A stretch of 37,636 bases of DNA, from assembly GCA_027039295.1 (NCBI GenBank), contig JALWEW010000058.1, positions 1 to 37,636 on the forward strand, given 5' to 3'. Below the pieces are notes generated by a model. The model did no database searches. It saw nothing but the letters and a program-made list of their open reading frames with translations, and was not told the DNA's origin. This document shows, piece by piece, positions 34,101-37,636 of this stretch. Both the position numbers and the translations under genes were made by a program. The DNA comes from Acidilobaceae archaeon. Its GTDB lineage: Archaea; Thermoproteota; Thermoprotei_A; Sulfolobales; Acidilobaceae. Each line of letters begins with the position of its first letter. The stretch's first letter is position 1.

Positions 34101-36819
34101 CGGCTAGGGGGCCGGAGGCCAGGTTTGTGAGGTTGTCCTGGACCACTACGCTTATCGGTACCGTGTAGTACTGGGGCTCCAGGTCCACATTCAGTGTGGT
34201 GTTGGAGGTCACGCTGACTAGCGCCTTGTACTGGTAGTATCCCGGAGCGTCGACTGTGACCGAGTAGTTACCCATGGGTACCCCAACTTCCAGGACTCCC
34301 TTGGGAGCTGGCAGTGTGACTTCGCCGCCGCCTTGTAGTGCTATCGTTACATTAGCTGGCACGTTGTACTCCACGCCCTCCCGGCTGGCCTCAGCGTCAA
34401 ATATGGTTATCCTCAGTGAGTATAGGTGGGGGTAGAGGGGGAGCGTCTCATTAATGGGGCCCCACGCTGGGAGGTCGCAGGAGGCGCTCTCGTAGTGCTC
34501 CTTGGATATTATGACTCTATAGTAGACGCCGGACCAGAGGATGGCTTCGACTCGCCCGTCATCGCCTGTAACTGCCTGGAGCGGCGAGGCTAGGGGTTTG
34601 TATGATAGGTTACCAGCATAGCCCGTGGGCTCGAGTAAGACGCTAGCGCCAGCAACCGGCCCTGCCCTGAGGGCGTAGCCGGGCTTACTGGGCGGCGTGT
34701 AGATTAGTAGGGAGGCCCTCCTGAACCTCAGGGGCACCGATACCCTGGCATCATAGTTACCGATTTGTATTCTCTCCTCTACCACACCCCAGGAGGTCGC
34801 GTTGACCCTCATGGTATACGTGCCCGGTGGCAGATACAGCGTGGCCGTTCCACCAACTAGCTTGGCGGAGGCCACTAGGGTCCCGTCGTCTTGGTGTACC
34901 TCCACTGTCGAGTTGGGGCCTGGCGTGTACTCCTCGAGGCTCCCATTATAGCCCCTCACGGTGACAGTAACGTTAACCTCGACTCTATGGAGGGGTGGAG
35001 CGCTCCAGAGGCCCTCTTCTGCTACTAGCAGCCGGGGCGCGCCCGAGCCCGAGAAGGGGGCGACCACGAGGGACGAGGCAGGGCCGGACCAAGCCCCGCC
35101 GACAATGCCGCCGCCGAGGGGTAGTGTGAGGTAGGGATAACCCGGGGCTCCCCTCCAGAGCGGCTTCCAGCTCGTCTCATTCACGGCCTGAGCCAGCCCG
35201 CCAGCGCTAAGTGCTATGACCACGTTCGAAGGCGTCGGAAGTATGAAGGAGACAGGCTCGTCGCCGGTAGCCTCGATACTATGGGCGGCTATGTATCTCC
35301 CCTCAGAGTCAAGCCAGACTAGCTCGTAGAGTGTTCCAGCGGAGGTTCCCAGGAATATCTTTGAGAGGTCCGGCGCCAGAGCCTCACTCGTTATCGGGGC
35401 CTGCACTGCTATGTCCTCCCAGTACTCGCCATTCACGCTCACCGGCTGCAGGTGGGGCTCCAGGTACACCAGGTAGATGCGGCCCTTGTCGGGATAGAGG
35501 AGGACCGCCACACCCCTGGCGCCAGACCTTAGCAGGCCCTCGGGGGGCGCCATACCGGTCAGGTAGAAGAGCGTGGCCGCTGGGGCCGTCCCCTTAAGTC
35601 CTGGGAGGAGGCGGAAGTCGAGCCTAGCGGGGCTGAAGGATCCCGGGAGGCCAGTGAGGTTTATGAGCATATAGGGCTCTAGGTGCCCCTCGCCGAATCT
35701 CACTGAGCAATTGCTGGAGCTGCTTAGAACTAGCTCCACGCTCCCCATGCCTCCGAGGCCGAGGCTCACGGGCTTGCTCTCGCCCACGTAGCATTGTGTT
35801 AACACAACCTTGCCCGTCGTGTTGTCTATTAGCCTGTACACGTAGAGCCCGGCTACCCTGTAGTAGCCTGGATAGAGTCCTGCGAGGAGTGCCGTGTAGT
35901 TAGCCTTGACCGGGTACCTCGTGCCGCTTAGATCCTCTAGGATTCCCGTGGGATAGGCTAAGAGCCAGAGGTGCAGGGTTGCATTGGCGACCCTGTCGCG
36001 AGAGATGGGCTTGTATTTGTAGGTGTATGCAGGTAGCAGGCTGGACCCTTGCTTGTAGTACACTGTCACGTTGAGCTTCGAGAGTAGCGTAGCGTTGAGT
36101 ACCTGGTAGCGTGCTAGGAGGAGCGGGGTATAGCTCCAATCTCCCCATGACCTGAAGAACTTCACCCCTGCAATCTCGAGCACCTTGACCCCGCTAAGCC
36201 TCTTGAGGGCTTGCTGGCCCGGCTGGGGGCCTATCTCGAGCCAATAGGGCTGTCCAACCCTGTATATTCTTAGATAGCCCTTGGAGGTGAGCACGGCCAG
36301 CTTTAGTCCGTCGCTTGTGTTCGAGAGCACTACAGACTCTACTGCGGAGTCCTGGCCCGTGTAGTACCTTGCCAGGAGGCCCCCAGTCTCGCTGGAGTAC
36401 ACTAGGACCTCGCCCTCATCGGAGGCTATGGCTGCATACGAGCCGTGCCCTGAGGAATCGAGCGCAACCTGTGTTACGATTCCCTCAACGCTGGACTCCC
36501 AGAGCACACGAGGGCCCTTCAGGCTTACAGCGGCAGCGTAGCCGTTGCCGCCTATGACGGCTATGCCTGCCCTCTCCTCGAAGGCTGCCGCTGTCAGGCC
36601 CCCTGTTAGGTTAGTCTGCAGAAGCCGGAGGCCATAGATCTGCGTGGGCTCGTACCAGGCCCCCGCACTTGGGAGAGAGGCCTCCCCCGAGTAGTGTGTG
36701 AAGCCGACTGGAACCATAACCACCGCCGCTATTAAGAGGAGAGCCCACACTACCCCCCGGGGCAAACGCTGCACCTGCGCTGAGTCTCCGGGGTATAGTA
36801 GTTTATATGACTCCCCCAC
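31108..36819 (-). CDS. Giant (about 1900 aa) cell-surface protein: signal/TM, propeller-like region, 14 PEGA/CarboxypepD_reg-like repeats, C-terminal TM anchor
   Basis: Uninterrupted 5.7-kb ORF. N-terminal RLPRGVVWALLLIAAVVMVPVGF. Repeated [LMV]PxGxYxhxh strands (LPPGTYTMRV ... AYYGIYQVSV). 41 N-x-S/T sequons by my count. C-terminal LFVGITGLIALIAVLWKV. The likely true start is GTG 36774, because a TATA box lies inside the first codons of the 36819 model. Confidence 0.85.
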   Translation of the reverse strand: MGESYKLLYPGDSAQVQRLPRGVVWALLLIAAVVMVPVGFTHYSGEASLPSAGAWYEPTQIYGLRLLQTNLTGGLTAAAFEERAGIAVIGGNGYAAAVSLKGPRVLWESSVEGIVTQVALDSSGHGSYAAIASDEGEVLVYSSETGGLLARYYTGQDSAVESVVLSNTSDGLKLAVLTSKGYLRIYRVGQPYWLEIGPQPGQQALKRLSGVKVLEIAGVKFFRSWGDWSYTPLLLARYQVLNATLLSKLNVTVYYKQGSSLLPAYTYKYKPISRDRVANATLHLWLLAYPTGILEDLSGTRYPVKANYTALLAGLYPGYYRVAGLYVYRLIDNTTGKVVLTQCYVGESKPVSLGLGGMGSVELVLSSSSNCSVRFGEGHLEPYMLINLTGLPGSFSPARLDFRLLPGLKGTAPAATLFYLTGMAPPEGLLRSGARGVAVLLYPDKGRIYLVYLEPHLQPVSVNGEYWEDIAVQAPITSEALAPDLSKIFLGTSAGTLYELVWLDSEGRYIAAHSIEATGDEPVSFILPTPSNVVIALSAGGLAQAVNETSWKPLWRGAPGYPYLTLPLGGGIVGGAWSGPASSLVVAPFSGSGAPRLLVAEEGLWSAPPLHRVEVNVTVTVRGYNGSLEEYTPGPNSTVEVHQDDGTLVASAKLVGGTATLYLPPGTYTMRVNATSWGVVEERIQIGNYDARVSVPLRFRRASLLIYTPPSKPGYALRAGPVAGASVLLEPTGYAGNLSYKPLASPLQAVTGDDGRVEAILWSGVYYRVIISKEHYESASCDLPAWGPINETLPLYPHLYSLRITIFDAEASREGVEYNVPANVTIALQGGGEVTLPAPKGVLEVGVPMGNYSVTVDAPGYYQYKALVSVTSNTTLNVDLEPQYYTVPISVVVQDNLTNLASGPLAGARVSLSLIEPPLNRTFTGLTDENGVARLSLRVGLYKLEVSSPITGDYVEYVNITPSLEELRVILKPLYSHVRIVIYDSELYSAGVMAGNATVMLAYASTAGGGSLVVEARNGTTSLTLPYGLYKIVAEAPGYEVYGPDSYAVFTGEYTLKIYMTPLKYQVKLRFVVTDPKWHLAEGPLQEALVTVKILSPALPLKPVTGYTDASGAVTLNLRRGVYLVQVEHPYAQPETFEVAVGSPLTLSYTVHPAYTLINITASDAQTGRPVPGVQLLLEYSGIGPGKRISLLLPSGTGSFEMPAGVYTVTAYEPHYYEASGSFIATPNSSVSEVIKMDPLLVHLAVAVYNQPVNATITIPSRPLANASIVLEPEDPILKAVGAPAVEASTGPDGSVTLTVRAGVYAYTVSRQGYQGVKGYIDAFKTSQLKIALKPILYTIGVSFRDPDLAPPYNRLANVTLYFESWNGFPLTGRLVASSGYEMELPVGEYLIRISKPHYLNTTATLVVAGNESVVFDLQAVNYTVSITLKVLGPTWLEGSASNLTIIAAPKRPLEIGKTITHTTTKGEALLRLRYGNYTILAWGPGMREPVILDGNLTVDRPLKLEFNITPPTVTLTLRVFDSQLHTPINANVSLIYEGPYGSGTLQGKAESGELELSVPAGAYTLEVTAKYYKPSTLQLDLLSPNEVKVKLDPVLAPLKLVILDPDGNRVDGALVKLVYQMPQLSPPPMVSVNGTVSPRGGVRIGHYKVIVTPPPKTPLEPVEFTITVGLKGYETQVILPYKSYNVTILLKDYLFKKPIPFPYKLELSRQGAAKPPLVRYPTTVTIKGGKANLTLPYGVYTCKLKPVSQDYYVLPSSITFRVDRNGELINITLKPRQYTVTVMVVNDRSEPVAGALVELIDTRTHAVVASGLTSKSGSVALKAYYGIYQVSVAQSAYKPASIYIEVPRQKSVTLTVYPTPLTVVKRMTPLFVGITGLIALIAVLWKVKSVIAERLSEQEEYF
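31212..34992 (-). repeat. Protein-level tandem array of 14 divergent ~85-95-aa beta-sandwich (PEGA-like) domains
   Basis: 14 occurrences of the G-x-Y strand motif at roughly regular spacing. The GVY core recurs as ggcgtctac / ggagtctat on the coding strand (e.g. near 31600, 32905, 33210, 33452, 34527). No long DNA-level identity is visible. Confidence 0.7.
36802..36808. promoter_or_regulatory. Near-palindromic TATA box (TTTATAT / ATATAAA) between the giant gene and the ATPase gene
   Basis: The only TATA-like element between GTG 36774 (minus) and ATG 36868 (plus). It lies ~31 nt from the minus-strand GTG. Confidence 0.45.
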
Positions 36820-36867
36820 CCTCCACCCTCCCGAGGCGTTAGGCTCCGGCGACCGGGGCGGGCTTGT

Positions 36868-37636
36868 ATGGTGGACTTCAAGGGCTTCCTTGCTAAGGTG
36901 CGCTTCAAGAGGGTGGGCAAGAAGAAGCCCCGGAGGCTTGGAGAGCCCCTAGCGGTAGAGGCGGCTGAGGAGGAGGCACAGGCCGTCGAAGAGACTGTTG
37001 AGAAGGGAGTGCCCGCCCCGGGCTTCACGGCCCTAACGAGGGCGGGCTTCAAACCCATAAAGATGTATCCATTGGAAGAGCCCTGGAGCAGGGCCATAAT
37101 CCTGCAGAACCCCGAGACCGGCGAGACACTCTATTGGGTTGACGAGATAGAGCTCAACGAAGCCGAGAGGGACGTGTATAAGAAGATAATGGACATCCTG
37201 TATTGGGAGATGGAGCCACCCAAAGAGGGTGTTGATCCCTACGAGCACTTTAGGGAGGAGGCCCAGAGGGTAATACAAAGGTACATGCTGAGGTTCGGCG
37301 AGACTATCTCGCCTCTGATAAGCTGGAAGAAGGTCCAATACTACGTTATCAGGGATACCGTGGGCTTTGGGAAGCTGGATCCTATAATGAAGGACGAGTA
37401 CATAGAGGACATAAGCTGTGACGGTGTTGGCAGGCCGATATACGTGTGGCACAGGGAGTTCGAGAGCATTCCAACTAACATAGTCTTCGAGACGGAGGAC
37501 GAGCTAGACAAGATGGTTGTAAAACTGGCCCACAAGGCTGGCAAGCATGTGAGTGTTGCATTCCCGATAGTTGACGCTATACTACCTGGGGGCCATAGGC
37601 TGGCCGCCACGTTCAAGCGTGAGGTCAGCATGGGGG
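36868..37636 (+). CDS. FlaI/PilB/GspE-family type IV pilus / archaellum-type secretion ATPase, N-terminal 256 codons (3' end outside the window)
   Basis: My own translation gives MVDFKGFLAKV...YWVDEIELNEAERDVYKKIMDIL...KVQYYVIRDTVGFGKLDPIMKDEYIEDISCDGVGRPIYVWHREFESIPTNIVFETEDELDKMVVKLAHKAGKHVSVAFPIVDAILPGGHRLAATF. This is the typical FlaI-like N-domain and start of the ATPase core. It is not in the ORF track because it runs off the window. Confidence 0.85.
   Translation, partial: MVDFKGFLAKVRFKRVGKKKPRRLGEPLAVEAAEEEAQAVEETVEKGVPAPGFTALTRAGFKPIKMYPLEEPWSRAIILQNPETGETLYWVDEIELNEAERDVYKKIMDILYWEMEPPKEGVDPYEHFREEAQRVIQRYMLRFGETISPLISWKKVQYYVIRDTVGFGKLDPIMKDEYIEDISCDGVGRPIYVWHREFESIPTNIVFETEDELDKMVVKLAHKAGKHVSVAFPIVDAILPGGHRLAATFKREVSMG

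Noticed and set aside
36750-37631. Three minus-strand ORFs (115, 139 and 96 aa) at the right end
   Set aside because: They are antisense to a clearly recognisable FlaI/PilB-type ATPase reading frame that the ORF track omits because it has no stop in the window.
1-37636. Search for CRISPR arrays, tRNA, rRNA, SRP RNA, RNase P RNA, transposases and integrases
   Set aside because: No regularly spaced direct repeats were seen. No T-loop/D-loop tRNA signatures and no conserved RNase P (GAGGAAAGTCC) or SRP helix-8 motifs appear in any intergenic stretch. No DDE or tyrosine-recombinase-like ORFs were seen. The scan was by eye only, so short or degenerate elements could be missed.

Overview
GC-rich archaeal chromosomal segment in crenarchaeal (Thermoprotei) style: TATA boxes about 26 nt upstream of near-leaderless starts, strong AGG-Arg usage, and an r-protein operon containing S4e, L32e, L19e and RNase P Rpp29. 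I cannot name the species. Left third: a partial ferredoxin-domain gene, an Lhr-type helicase, an orphan membrane protein, an AbrB-ACT regulator, DUF72, PCNA, a small Rpo13-like protein and isoleucyl-tRNA synthetase. ileS runs, with no intergenic DNA, into a solo Cas4-family nuclease, a MoxR/CbbQ-class AAA+ ATPase and a 663-aa CoxE/NorD-like vWA protein. This is my top candidate for an undescribed module. Centre: a ribosomal protein cluster from S19 to L15, including a 54-aa S14 that is missing from the ORF track. An odd 257-nt structured spacer interrupts it between S8 and L6, and it ends without secY. Right third: citrate synthase, ketopantoate reductase, a DUF123/GIY-YIG-like protein, a site-2 protease and a JAB/MPN plus MJ0936-phosphoesterase pair. 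Last comes a 1903-aa surface protein (propeller-like head, 14 PEGA/CarboxypepD_reg-like repeats, about 41 N-x-S/T sequons, C-terminal TM anchor), divergently paired with a FlaI/PilB-type ATPase that runs off the window. I recognised no rRNA, tRNA, CRISPR array, transposase or integrase. All calls come from motif recognition by eye; no database search or folding computation was possible.
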